A DNA stretch of 64,000 bases from Octopus sinensis (taxonomy: Eukaryota): contig NC_043002.1 of NCBI RefSeq assembly GCF_006345805.1, forward strand, positions 64,976,001 through 65,040,000, written 5' to 3'. Under the pieces are notes generated by a model, which did no database searches, was not told where the DNA came from, and saw only the letters and a program-made list of their open reading frames with translations. This document shows positions 41,677-55,085 of the stretch, in pieces. A program made the position numbers and the translations under genes. Position 1 is the stretch's first letter. Each line of letters begins with the position of its first letter.

Positions 41677-42257
41677 TTATTATTATTATTTTTTACATTT
41701 TCGTTGCTTTGTTTTATATGAGCTTTCCCATGTCTCACTCAGAGATATCAAAGAACACCATACTGGACGTTTTAATATAGGCTTTATTATTATTATCATT
41801 GTTGTTGTTGTTGCTAATATTATTATTATTCCTGCTGCAACGAAAACTACTATTGTTGCTAATACCCCAAACAAATTTGTGATGGTGAATATGGTAAATA
41901 TTAGTTGGATAGACAAGGCGAAGATAGGGAGTCCGTTTGGAGGTAGCGGTGGGTTGGTTGGAAGGCGAGTGGTTCAAAAGGTGATTGATAGAATAGGATT
42001 GTGTTAGTCATGTCGAAAGTTGAACACATAGATACCTTTGATGTCCTGCCAGAATGCAATACCGCTTAATCTGACGACTTATCAAACGGTAAAATAACAC
42101 ACACATGTGTGTGTGTGTAAGCATGTTTGTGTATGTAAATAAATAAATATATAAATATATATATATATGTTTATACACACACACGCACACTCACAAGCGC
42201 ACGTAATACGTCTAAGTATGTATCTACACATACACGCAGATGAACATGCACACGCTG

Positions 42258-42289
<32 letters not shown>

Positions 42290-42953
42290 TTACAAATATA
42301 TAAATATATATATGTATGAATATATGCGTTTGTGTGCGCGTGTAAGTATGTTTATGTGTGTGCGTGTGGGGGGATGGGGGTGTATGCATATAAACGTATA
42401 TGAAATGAATATATATTCATGCGCATATAAGTAAGCACACATAAAACTACGCACCCATATATACCGGTGTGCGTGGGCACACATGCGCGTAGATGTACAC
42501 ATATTCAATATATGTATATATACATATATATGTATGTATATATACGTATATATATATATATATTATATGTAAAAAGAAAGTGATAGAAGCAAGAGAGAGA
42601 CAAGCACATGGACTGCGCGCATATGTATCATTTAGGCTTCATATAAGTCTCCACCCGCCTTTCATTCTATGTTTGCCACTAAGTTTAGCTGCAGAGTAGC
42701 TCCATTTCTTTATAAGGTATCTCTATTTAGAGAAAGCACAAATTCTAGAGGAACAAACATCGTATTAATTTCCGCCAACCACCCACGTAGTTCAGTCAGA
42801 AAAAAAAAGTTTACGAGAAAACAATGAAGTAAATATAGGAACACCATGCTGATCAGTTTTATATTATGTTCCTATTTCTACTCGACAATGCAGCGCACAT
42901 TTACATTCACATCACTTATATAAGACCACACACATACACACACACACACACAC

Positions 42954-42987
<34 letters not shown>

Positions 42988-43067
42988 GCATATACGTATG
43001 TCTATATAAATATATATTATAACAATCGCTAATCTTCTATTATATAATACACACACACACACGTATA

Positions 43068-43137
<70 letters not shown>

Positions 43138-43148
43138 TATATATTTAT

Positions 43149-43891
43149 ATAAGTTTAACAATTAAGGATAATCTCTTAATAAGGGATCTTAACAAGAAAT
43201 TATCGGGCAGCTAGCGTGAAAACCTCATAAAAGAAAAGAATTCGAAAATAATTTTTTTCCTTTTGAACAAATTAATTATATCTATATTGTATAGAGGGCA
43301 TTATTACACATAAATGCCTCACACTAAGAGGGACAAAGTCATTACTACCAAAATTATACTAATCATACCCAAATGCAGTTTTTCAAAGCAAGACATTTAA
43401 AAAATGAATTTAGTTCTGTATCAAAAGGAAAAAAATAATTTTCGAATTCTTTTCTTTTATGAGGTTTTCACGCTAGCTGCCCGATAATTTCTTGTTAAGA
43501 TCCCTTATTAAGAGATTATCCTTAATTGTTAAACTTATTCCGAAATACTTTTCATTACCCGACATGCAGTTCGTAAAAAGCCCGCCATTTACCGGATATA
43601 TGATTTATAAACATTCCATGTGCTTGGCCGGAGTGAGCAGTTGTCTGTTCGTCTTCGCTACGTAAGGTTGGTAGTTTATTTATGATGTGTTCAGAATCAG
43701 TTCTGCTGATGATCATAAGACGTAAGTTGAATGTGAAATCACGGTGATACAGAACTAAATTCATTTTTTAAATGTCTTGCTTTGAAAAACTGCATTTGGA
43801 TATGATTAGTATAATTTTGGTAGTAATGACTTTGTCCCTCTTAGTGTGAGGCATTTATGTGTAATAATGCCCTCTATACAATATAGATATA
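43149..43891. mobile_element. Interleaved inverted-repeat cassette A-B-A'-C-B' in (TA)n, Penelope-terminal-repeat-like
   Basis: A 43149-43266 / A' 43421-43538 and B 43277-43423 / B' 43745-43891; about one mismatch per pair by eye. Confidence 0.8.
43699..43756 (+). ncRNA. Type I hammerhead ribozyme
   Basis: agttctg-CTGATGA-tcat...atgt-GAAA-tcacggtg-ATA-cagaact. Perfect 7-bp stem I and near-palindromic stem III (atcac-g-gtgat); weak stem II. Confidence 0.75.
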
Positions 43892-44147
43892 TATTTATAT
43901 ATATATATATGCGTATAAATAAATAGGGACAGAGATACAGGCAGAGAGACAGACATATAGATGGATAGATGGACAGAGATGAAGAGATAGATATATGGAT
44001 AGATAGATAGATAGATAGATAGACAGATAGATAGATAGATAGATAGATAGGTAGATAGAAAGACAGACAGTCAGACAGACAGATAGATTCATGTATGCAT
44101 CCATATACAAACCTATGCATGTGCATGCACAAAGAGATACACACACG

Positions 44148-44197
<50 letters not shown>

Positions 44198-44296
44198 AAC
44201 ACATGACACAAGTAAATAGACCCCCTTATGATCATTATCATTTATTTAAATCTGAAACGATATATTCAAATTATTTATTAATTGTTATAATGTGAA

Positions 44297-45130
44297 AATT
44301 TAATATTTAGTAGACATTCCCTTTGCATTTTCCATTGCAAGGATCCTATTATGCATGTTACTGATCAGGTGACGAATATTCTTGTGCGGAATTACTTGCC
44401 AAGTTTCGTACAGTAATCTCCAAGGCTTCAAGATGTTTTCTTGTCCATTTTATGAAGTATTTTGTCCATTATGTACCAGATGTCTTCATTAGGGTCCATA
44501 CCTGGGGCCTGGCTTGACCATGGAAACTTTTTAATGCCATTCGCTTCCATGAAATCTTGGGTCATTTTAGCCGTATGCCAAGTCTTCTTTAAACATTTCA
44601 CTATTGGTAAACGTGGAAGGAGACCTTTCAGCGATACATATATATCTGAGTTTATGTTTCTCTTATACTCCACCAGCTCTGATCAACCATTGCTCCAAAT
44701 TGCTCCCCAGAATAGCTGCCGTGTTTCATTGTTGGCTGCAATCTTTTCACATCAAATACTTGATCACAGAGTCTCCAGACCCACACTATACCACTCTCAG
44801 GAAATGCAGCAATCCTGGGACTCATCAGAGGATATGATAGTATCCCAAAATGCTAGTGGTTTCTCCACTATCTCACTGGTCCAATCTTTTTCCGCTTGAT
44901 GTTGGCTGGTCGAACAAGTGGCTTCCTCCTTGCTGCTCTGCCGTAGTAACCAAGTTTGCAGAGTTACCTGACATCAACTTGTTCTGCTAGGATTATCCTC
45001 TACATTTCTCTTAACACAATCGGGACCCCAAGATTTTCTGCGATTTTACGCTATGTCTGCCTTCAGAAGGACCCACAATGCGGCCTCTTTGAAATTCAAA
45101 CAGTTCCGAGGCTTGTTTTGCATATGGTAT
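44297..45130 (-). mobile_element. Degenerate Tc1-like transposase
   Basis: HTAKMTQDFMEANGIKKFPWSSQAPGMDPNEDIW (WPxQSPDLNPIENxW-like) and SDES near 44820. Confidence 0.75.
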
Positions 45131-45174
45131 AATTAAACATGATTATATATATTACAACAAAAATTTAAACAAAA

Positions 45175-45544
45175 TCAAAGTTTTCGTACCTACAAACCCA
45201 AAGCCTTGTGGCAATGTTAACGACAAAGAACAATGTTAACTTTCCATGTCGCGGACGTAAGGAAACGCTCAGATATCGAGATTTAAGTCTTAACATATAA
45301 AAAAGTTGATGAGGACTGGTTTGTCTCCTCTGAACCAGGGCATAAAACAACCCTTAAAGAGTTCAAAAAGCCTAAGCAACAAACGACTTCATTAACGTTC
45401 TTATGTCAAGACGTAAATTTCGATTTCTGAGCATTTCCTCACGTCCGCGACGTAGAAGGTTTAATCTTTTTGTCTTTGTATAGAGCCTGACGAGCTCTCC
45501 ACAAAGCTTTGAGTTTCTGGATACGAAACCTTTGGTAACTCTAT
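45175..45544. repeat. Diverged inverted repeat (arms ~45175-45324 and ~45379-45535)
   Basis: ctgagcatttcctcacgtccgcgac and ccacaaagctttgagttt..tacgaaacctttg have reverse-complement counterparts in the left arm. Confidence 0.8.
45480..45544 (+). ncRNA. Type I hammerhead ribozyme
   Basis: atagagc-CTGACGA-g..tcca...tggatac-GAAA-cc/ttt/g-GTA-actctat. Stem I atagag/ctctat, stem III acc/ggt, GUA triplet. Confidence 0.75.
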
Positions 45545-45624
45545 GTCCATAATTTTAATTTTTGTCTAATAATCATTGCTCTTTTCTTTAGTGTGTACTT
45601 TTTTTCTGATTTATGTTTATTGAC

Positions 45625-45655
<31 letters not shown>

Positions 45656-45950
45656 ATATAAATAAAACCTTCCTTCTTTCTTCCTTCTGTTTTGCATATG
45701 TGAATTACAGGGATATGTCGTATGTGGAGTCGCATTTGTAGAAAATAGAAATAAACAGTCTTTGACTGAAATTTCTAATTTTTTGGTATGTGGCTAAGCA
45801 ACCTGTTGCTTGCCTCTTTTATTTATATATAAAACTATATATTGAACTTTTATAGAAGTTCCTACCGTTAAAGGTTATATTTACATCCCGAAATATACCC
45901 GTAAATAATTGTTGTTTTATTTTAAAAACCATTAAAGCTATTATTTACTC

Positions 45951-45986
<36 letters not shown>

Positions 45987-46039
45987 TGCGTGTGAGTATG
46001 TGTGTGTGTGTATGCATGGTGTGTAAGTTATGTGAGGAC

Positions 46040-46385
46040 ATACCGTGTTGGGGTCACTGCTGCATTTTTTGCTAACTCTGTATAATCTTTGTTTCAGAAA
46101 ATAATAATGGCTGACCCAAGCTTGCTCAAGAAATGAAGAAGGATGCTATTACTGTGGTTATAAAAGCTGAGTATAGCCATTTAGTAACATCTTAACTTTT
46201 AAATGTTGCCAGATCTTTCGTCTAAAAAGTCTGTAAGGAGCTATAGACTGATGTTGGCTGGTCAAAGAAGTGGCTCCCTTCTTGCTGCTCTGCCGTAGTA
46301 ACCAAAGTTTGCGGAGATACCTAACAGTTGTTCTGAGACTGACATCAACTTGTTCCGCTAGGATTATCATCTACATTTCTCTTAA
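46040..46385 (-). mobile_element. Tc1-like fragment related to 44297-45130
   Basis: 46250-46385 matches 44898-45013 (ttgctgctctgccgtagtaacc..ctgacatcaacttgttc..ctacatttctcttaac). Confidence 0.6.
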
Positions 46386-46387
46386 CT

Positions 46388-46512
46388 CTGAATGTTTGGT
46401 CCAGCGGGTGCTTGGATAAAATGCGAGTGTCAAGTCGACCCAGTGTGCTTTTTATGTTGGGTCGACTTGACATCCGCATTTTATCCAAACACCGACGGGC
46501 ACAACACTCAGA
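46388..46512. repeat. Foldback hairpin (MITE-like)
   Basis: Core arms 46407-46443 and 46457-46493 are complementary at 33/37 positions with a 13-nt loop; weaker outer pairing. Confidence 0.85.
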
Positions 46513-47441
46513 CAAATACAGGAGTACGTCTTCATAAATGAAATATTCGCAGTACCAAATATGTTTCAAAGTACAGCCTATACAGACTGATAGATACATA
46601 GGCTATAAGAACATACACATATGGAGACACGGATCCGCACATATAAAGGTGCATATCCGTACATACAAACATGGTACATAGTTGCATAACACAGACACAC
46701 ACAGATATGCACACACAAGGAGACAGAGGTGCATACATATACAAGCACATGCTCACACACACATACATAGAAAATACACAAACACGGACATGCAAGCACA
46801 TAAATATGCAGGATACGTACATACAGACCCACACACATACATACATATATACAGATGCATACGCACACATACATACATACATACGTACATGCATGCATGT
46901 ATAGGTACACACAAACACATACACTGACCCACACACATGCGCACAAGCAAACAAAAGAGGGAACGCAGTGTAAATAACGGACAGAGTCAAAACTATTGGA
47001 AAGGTTGCAAGACGCAAAGAAAATTTTAGGAAAATAAAAGTAAGAAAAAAAGTTGAATTTTTACCGGTGAGTGTTTTATATTATAAGCCACAAAAAGAAA
47101 ATTACTCTCCCCAGAAACAACAGTGTACATATATATATATATATATGAGTCTACGGTTTTTGACAAAAGGAGATTTTTTAATTATGTTGTAACTTAATTA
47201 TATAATTTTATTATTATTCTATGACTTTTAAAATGTCTAAAATATTTTAAGATGTTACTAACTGTTTTGGGAAGATTTTTCCCTAGTGTGTGAGCGCTGT
47301 TATTTAATTTTGTGTGTATGTGTGTGTGTGTGTGTGACTGTGTTTAAGTGCTCATTTGGAATTATACACCATACCCGTTAAACTTTGTTTAGGACACCAT
47401 GAAAATCCGTTTGTACCCATCTTTCAATCAGATATTAAATA

Positions 47442-47481
<40 letters not shown>

Positions 47482-48367
47482 TATTATTATTATTATTAAC
47501 ATCATCATCATCATCATTATTATTATTATAACGTACAAATTCACTAATTTACTACGTGAGTATCATACAAAAATCGTAATATAGTGGATTGCGTAATCCA
47601 CTTATAAAACCAGCTCTTCAGAAGCTCAGAATATAATTTAATTCATTTATGTTTACCAAGGTCACATCTTCGCTCAGTCTACCAACTGCCGACGTTAACA
47701 ACTAAGATCTTGCGTTACAAGGGTATTATTCGATCGTCCATGCAATGTTTGGTACATGGCATACTAGTGAAACACGTGTAAATGTATAATTATCTTGCTA
47801 AAATAAGAAATTGCTTTAACCAGATGTAGTTTTATTTTGGTCGACACACGCACTTAAACTCAAACGAATACATAGAAAATCTCTTAGAAACATGTGCTCC
47901 CATCACAGCACAAACATACACATAAATACATATACAGAATTTGACACGTATGCATACACACCAATAGACAGACTGACTAACACAAACATACACACGCTCA
48001 CACACGTAGACTCATATACACACAGACATTTCTGGAACTAATGAATTTCTGATTTTAATTAATAAGTGCGTTTAAAATAACATCGTTTACAGTATTACAT
48101 AATTGTCAAAATTAGTGCTTTCTATAACTTACATAGTCTGGAAAAATTCTCATCATTCATTCCCTCCTTACACCTCCTCTGTCGCTATATCCACGTCTCT
48201 GTCCATTTCTGTCAATTTAACCACCTTTTCTCTCTACTACATTAATTCTCACTCGTATAGACAGATATGGTCATAATCTGACTCCTACGCTCTCCCCCTC
48301 TTTCTCTCTCTCTGCCCCTTCTCTCTTTCTCTTTCTCTCACTGTCTCTCTCTCTCTCTCTGTCTCCC

Positions 48368-48432
<65 letters not shown>

Positions 48433-49218
48433 TATACAGACAGACAGAGAATGAGAGAGAAACACATACATACATATATACCGATATACATAGATGTAGC
48501 TAAATCGATATATACGCATACATATACAATATGTGTATGCGTATAAAACTAAACACGCACATACATCCATACACGAGAGTATATATTTATACACACACGT
48601 ACATACACCCACAGATATATATATGTGTGTGTGTATCTATGTATTTTTGTATATGTGTATGTATATATATGCATTTGAAATTGCTAGTCTGTAACTACCA
48701 ATTTATTTATACATGTGTGTGGGCGTGCGTGTGTGAGTGGTTGCTTGTGTGTAGATGTATGCGAGGATGTGTGCGAGGATGTGTGCGAGGATGTGTTTAT
48801 CTATCTAAAATTAATCTTCCAAGCGTCCCGTGTTGCACGTTTCAGCGAGTCTAATCAGTTGTCGAATTACCACATACTTTTGTAAAAACTCTTCGCGGTA
48901 AGACAAAGAACGGTTCAGAGATCAGGAAAATAAATTACACAGGTCAGATATAAATGTAATTAACTATGTTTCGGAAAACATTGTTCGATCATGTGATGAG
49001 CATGTGTAAGACAATGTCTCAGGTATCCTCATAAGCCGAACTTTGAAAACTATGTAATTATTATCGTGGTACACCAGCCGAAGAAGCTGGTAACTGAGAC
49101 CGTCTGCTAACAAACAATCCTAGTAGAACTTGTAGTGAACAGTGCCCGTACACACACTCATACACACACAGACACGCATGCGTGCACACACATATACACG
49201 CAGATACACACATTCTCG

Positions 49219-49256
<38 letters not shown>

Positions 49257-50015
49257 CACGCATACGCACCCTTACACGTGCACAGACACATGTGTACACA
49301 GAGGCAGAGAAAGAGAGAGACAGAGAGAGACAGAGACAGAGAGAGAGACAGAGAAAGACAGAGAGAGAGAGAGACTGAGCGAGAGACATAGAGAGACAGA
49401 CACACACATACACACGTACCCATACACATGTGCATACACACATCACACACACACACGAATACATACACATACATACAGAGAGAGGTACAGAGACAGAATA
49501 GTGAGACTCAGAGAGAGAAACACACACCCACCTATACACATGTGCCCACACACATACAAAGCCACAACCACCCATTCATACACACAGAGTTTATACCACA
49601 CATACACTTTACCACACAAACAAAACGCAGCCACACACAGTTACCACCACACACACACACACAACCACATACATCAGAAATACGCAATTGCTGCCTCACA
49701 CATACGCTACAATGCATGCACACGTTAGCACACAGGCACACCACCACCACACACATACCGACCGTCTTCACACTATCCTGACCCAGAAAGCACATTCTCC
49801 TTTCCTTCTACTTCCGGTGACTTTAAAAAACGCACTTCTTCCAGCACCACTCATACGCACACCCCCGGGTCCCCATCTGCTTCAGGATTAGAAGACATGG
49901 ATCTCATTCGCATCTAAGATGAGATATATAAAGGTTGTTGAGTTACTTTTCAATTTAAAGCTCTCTGCATAAATTTTTACCTATATATCACGATGCTACA
50001 TGCCCGCCCCTACTT

Positions 50016-50079
<64 letters not shown>

Positions 50080-50399
50080 AATGTGTGTGTGTGTGTGTAT
50101 GTATTTATATATATATATATATGTATCTATATATATAGATACATATATATATGTGTGTGCTTATACAATATATCCCACGTGAACAGAAAAAAACTACTTT
50201 TTCTCACGGGGGCTTATATGCCCCATATCTAGACTATTTTCTTTAGTCATTGTGTAGTGATCTCTTATAAGCTTTAAGCTTATAAAATTTTATTATTATT
50301 ATTTACAGAATTATAAATATATATATACATATAAATACATGCATATATATTAATGATCGATTTTGTGTTCAGTTACTCTGTACTTCTGAAGAATACACT

Positions 50400-51205
50400 T
50401 TTATTATTCCTAAATATTGCTAGTGACTTCGATGTTTCACTCAGGTTAGCCATCACCGGACTGCGATGCTATGAGGTTAATCTTGTCTTTATATAGACTC
50501 TCTTGAGTTAAGAATCTTCCTGGGGTATGAAGGTTTCAATGGAGAGGTAATAATTGGGTTATAGGTGGGTAGTGGTAGTGAGATGTTGTGGAGAAGTTTT
50601 ATTCATTAAATTTGGGATTGTAAGCAGGTAAAATCAGGTATGTTTAGGTGTGTTCTAATGGGGTTTTGAGATTGCTTATTTGGTGGTTTTCGAAAAGGAT
50701 ATAGGTAGGTCTAATATTAGCCAATAGGTTGTGTTATATATTTTTTATTGAATATAATCCATTGCTTTGACAATGTAAAGGTCAAAGGTTCATAATATAG
50801 TCCAGTATTTAAAACCTAGTAATTTGGTGTGCCATATTTTTCATAATGGAATGTTTTAAGGGTTCACAAAGAAATATGAGTTGGTGGAATGTTTTGCAGC
50901 TCAGTTACTTTAGTTGATCTTGTTATTTGGGATCCTTGATCTTGTATTTGGAAGATGAGGGTTATTTGTCTGTCATGTCATGGTGTTTGTTAGTACTGCT
51001 ATTCGTTTATCGCCGGCTTTGATGTACACAAGAGGATGTGGGTAGGTGTAAATATTGTTGGTTTCTATTTTTCTATCTGGGAGTTCGTTTTTCTAATCTA
51101 AGTTAGAAACTATATAAAGCCAAGTTTAACTTTAATGCATCGCACTCCAGTGATGGCATAGATGGCCGAAACTTCGAAGACACGGCAATATTCTTATGAA
51201 TAATG
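50400..51205. mobile_element. Old Penelope-like remnant bracketed by diverged inverted terminal repeats
   Basis: Reverse complement of 50405-50470 (gcatcgcagtccggtgatggc..gaaacatcgaagtcac..gcaatatt) matches 51137-51203; decayed interior. Confidence 0.5.
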
Positions 51206-51271
51206 CATACGCTTGTGTGTGTATGCGTGTGTGTGCGTCGTGCGCGCGCGTATGTATACATATGTGTACAT

Positions 51272-51680
51272 ACTCTTTACTCTAGTCTTTTACTTGTTTC
51301 AGTCATATAACTGTGGCTATGCAGGAGCACCACCTTTAGTCGAGCAAATCGCCCCAGGGATTTATTCTTTCTAAGCCTAATAGTTAATCTATCGGTCACT
51401 TTTGCCGAACCGCTAAGCTACGAGGATGTAAACACACCAGCATCAATTGTCAAGCGATGTTGTGGGAGATAAATGCAGACACAAATATATACACACACAT
51501 ACATATCTCTATATACATATATACGACGGGCTTCTTTCAGTTTCCGTCTAACAAATCCACTCACAAGGCTTTGGTCGGGCTGAGGCTATAGTAGAAGACA
51601 CTTGCCCAAGGTGTCACGCAGTGGGACTGAACCTGGAACCATGTGGTTGGTAAGCAAGCTACTTATCACACAGCCACTCC
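51272..51680 (-). mobile_element. SINE family A, full length
   Basis: Reverse complement colinear with 2820-3248. Confidence 0.85.
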
Positions 51681-52291
51681 TACACCCCATTTACCCAGCA
51701 AACGTGTGTACAACACAAAAGAGCACGTAATGTCTATAATATACACAGATATACACTCTACAACAGTGAATTATCTGCAATCTAATATTCAATAATTGTT
51801 TAACAAATGCATGAAGCTTTACAAAATCTCACTTTCCTTCGACAAAAAGATAATTTGTACCAGCTCCAATCTTAATGAAAGCTTAAATACCAACAACATA
51901 CGCTTTTCTTAACTGCCGACTTTACTACACAGTACACAGTGATTAATATTTAACAATTATTAGATCGTATACTCCGAATTGCATAAATAATGCATTTATG
52001 TCAATTTGTTCATTTTCATTACAGATGCTTTTGAAGTGTCATTCTATGAAACTATAATGTACTACAGAATAAATCTGTAGATTTCAGTTAAAGCTATTTG
52101 TATAAAGTAGCCTTTATACAATATTCTCATTCCTCTCAAAATGCAGATAAAACAAGTGCAATAACCTTTTTCGTAATTGTTCTTCGGATGGGTGTTTGTT
52201 TTCATAAATAGCTCATACCTATTATGCATTGAGTTGAAAAAATTCATAAATATAGGCGCAGGAGTGGGCGTGTGGTAAGAAGCTTACCTCC

Positions 52292-52526
52292 ATAGTAGTG
52301 GCGCGCTGGCAGACACGTTAGCACGCCGGGCGAAATGCTTAGCAGTATTTCATCTGCCGCTACGTTCTGAGTTCAAATTCCGCCGTGGTCGATTTGCCTT
52401 TCATCCTTTCGGGGTCGCTGAATTAAGTGCCAATTACGCACTGGAGTCGATCTAATCGATTTAATCCCTCTTTGTCAGTTCTTGATTTCCCCCTCTATAT
52501 TTAGCCCCATCTAGGCAATAAAGAAA
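52292..52526 (+). mobile_element. SINE family B with 16-bp target-site duplication
   Basis: taagaagcttacctcc at 52276-52291 and 52527-52542. Confidence 0.9.
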
Positions 52527-53445
52527 TAAGAAGCTTACCTCCCGGTTACATAGTTCCAGGTTCAGTCTCACAGCGAGGCACCTTGGGCAATTGTCCTCTG
52601 CTATAGTCTCAGGCCGACTAAAGCCTTGCGAGTGTATTTGGTAGAGGAAAACTGAAAGAAACCCGTCGTGTATATATATTTAATGGCGGTGCCCCAGCAT
52701 GGCCACAGCTCGTGAGCTGAAACTAGATAAAATCTGCTCCCCCCCACGTTGCCGCACTTGCCCTTACCTCTCCAACACCACCCTCCTCACTAGCACCCAT
52801 CATCGACCCTATCCCATCATCCACTCCTTCACCTGCACCTCCAGCAATATTATCTATTGCGTCTCTTGCTCTCTCTGCCATTCCTTGTACATCGGACAAA
52901 CGGGACGCCGCTTGGCTGACCGGTTCGCGGAACACCTTCGTGACATCCACCTTGCGAACGACACACCGGTCTCTCGCCATTTCTGCTCCACCGGTCACTC
53001 CTTGCAACACCTATCTGTGTTCGGTTTGTCCTTACACAGAGGCCATCCGGATTCCCGTTTGCGCCGTGAACTGGAATTAATCTTCTCTCTTCGCTCTTAT
53101 ACGCCATTTGGTCTCAACTCTCCCCCCCCCCCCCCCTCCTCATCTAACCCCCCTCTCCCCCTCCTCACCTACCTTTCCCCCCGACCCCTACTTCTTCAGT
53201 CCTTCATCCTTTCACCCCTACTCCCCTTCCCTTCTTCCCTCTTTCTCCCTCCCTCCTTCCCTCTTCCCCTTCCCTCTGCTCCCTCACTCCCCTTCTCTCT
53301 CCCCCTCTCCCTCTTTCCTCCTCCCCTTCCTTCCCCCCTCCCCTCTCTCCCCTCCCCCTCCCCCTCCCCCTCTTCTCCCCCCTCCCCCTCTTCTCTCTCC
53401 ACACTACACCACACGACTTTACACATCACATCATATATGATGTGC

Positions 53446-53755
53446 CATACTAATACATACACCAACCCTATACATACACACGTCCAGACCTCGCATACGC
53501 ACTAATACTCTCTCATACACACACACACCCTTATACATATTAATACGTACTAATACATACTAATACATACACCAACCCTATACATACACACGTCCAGACC
53601 TCTCATACGCACTAATACTCTCTCATACACACACACACACCCTTATACATACTAATACATACTAATACATACACCAACCCTATACATACACACGTCCAGA
53701 CCTCTCATACGCACTAATACTTTCTCATACACACACACACACACACACACATCCT
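53446..53755 (+). repeat. Minisatellite, three ~105-bp units
   Basis: catactaatacatacaccaaccctatacatacacacgtccagacctc repeated three times. Confidence 0.9.
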
Positions 53756-53919
53756 TATGTTGGAGCTGGTCACTCAACCCTATTATCTCCCCTAATTTCG
53801 GTCTCGCGTCTCATGTTTGATCTTTGACTTCTGGCCGAAATCAGATCGCCATGTTGGTTCGTTAGTTACTGCACGCATTTTTTTCTCTCCTTCTTTCTGT
53901 GTTTTTTTCTCTCTGTGTA

Positions 53920-53957
53920 TCTTTCTGTTGAAGAGCGTAGGCTCGAAACGTTAAAGA
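53920..53957 (+). ncRNA. Minimal hammerhead-like ribozyme (variant core CTGTTGA)
   Basis: tcttt-CTGTTGA-a-gagc/gtag/gctc-GAAA-c-GTT-aaaga; palindromic AACGTT stem III. Confidence 0.65.
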
Positions 53958-54239
53958 CTTGTTTTATTTATATTTCCTGAGCGCCATACTAATACAATTG
54001 TTTTTTTGTTTTCCACCTGCCTTCGTCTTTTGTCTATTTTCATAAAGCTTCCCGTTATATATATATATATTGTATTATGCAAGTATGTATGTATTTGTGT
54101 CTGTGTTTGTTTCCCTACCATCACGTCTCAACCGATGTTGGTGTATTTACGTTCCAGTAACTTAGTTGTTCGGCAAAATGGACCAATAAAATAAGTATAA
54201 GGCTTACAATGAATAAGTCCTATGTTCCTATAATATGTG

Positions 54240-54430
54240 TAAATTCTGTAACCCTTTAAAATGGAAGATAAGGAAGTCCATTTTCGGCACTTGATGCTTT
54301 GGGAACCAGACAAAAATTGCTGCAGCTCGGCTGGGATTAGTTACCCTACCCTCCATATTCACCAGATGCTGCTCCTTCGGATTTCCACTTATTCAGGCCT
54401 CTCCAGAATAGTCTTAATGGTAAAAATTTT
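54240..54430 (+). mobile_element. Internally deleted mariner
   Basis: N-terminal MEDKEVHFRHLML joined to PYPPYSPDAAPSDFHLFRPLQNSLNGK (HPPYSPDLAPSDF motif). Confidence 0.8.
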
Positions 54431-54941
54431 TAGCTTTACCTTTCTTAACCTTACCGCTGTCTGTGAACATAACTCGTGAGAAACCTTTCAATATTTCTTG
54501 AAATAATATTAGCTTTAAGCTACATGTAATAAAATATTGGTTCCAACATATTATAGTATGTGTTGTGCGTATGTTATTCACCTCCGTTATGTTTGTATTT
54601 TTAAATATATTTACGTACTTGTGTGTGCCTGTCTCTGTATTTGGTGTGATTCTTTGCCCACTTTACGATTGTAAATAGATTTAAGCGTCTGTATATGTAT
54701 CTATATAGTATGGAAAGAAGCGACGTTAATGTATACATGCACACGCATTTAGTTTACCTTTGATCATAACATATATGCATAAGGGAATTATTTATACAAC
54801 ATGATTAGTTATAATATAATTAATGATATGACGGGGAAAAGAAAAATATAATTTTGATATAAACAAAATAAATCAAAGGGAAATTTTATTCCCATAACAT
54901 TCAAATGAGAACAAATATTACTATAATAAAAGTGCCACGAA

Positions 54942-54978
<37 letters not shown>

Positions 54979-55023
54979 CTTTGCAGGCATATATGCATAC
55001 GATAATAGACAGGTACGTCTTTA

Positions 55024-55085
<62 letters not shown>

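Larger units (their letters stand above)
52735..54056 (+). mobile_element. 5'-truncated Penelope-like element (GIY-YIG preceded by a Cys motif, Neptune-like)
   Basis: PRCRTCPY..FTCTSSNIIYCVSCSLC..LYIGQTGRRLADRFAEH..PVSRHF..RELELIFSL..PFGLN (52735-53120), then a pyrimidine tract, a minisatellite and a terminal repeat. Confidence 0.9.
52255..54225 (+). mobile_element. SINE family A split by two insertions
   Basis: Head 52255-52291, body 52527-52675, tail 54065-54225. Confidence 0.75.

Noticed and set aside
53108-53505. Pro/Ser-rich extension of the 268-aa ORF and the opposite G-rich strand
   Set aside because: Low-complexity pyrimidine tract after the GIY-YIG domain; no evidence of coding or a specific function.
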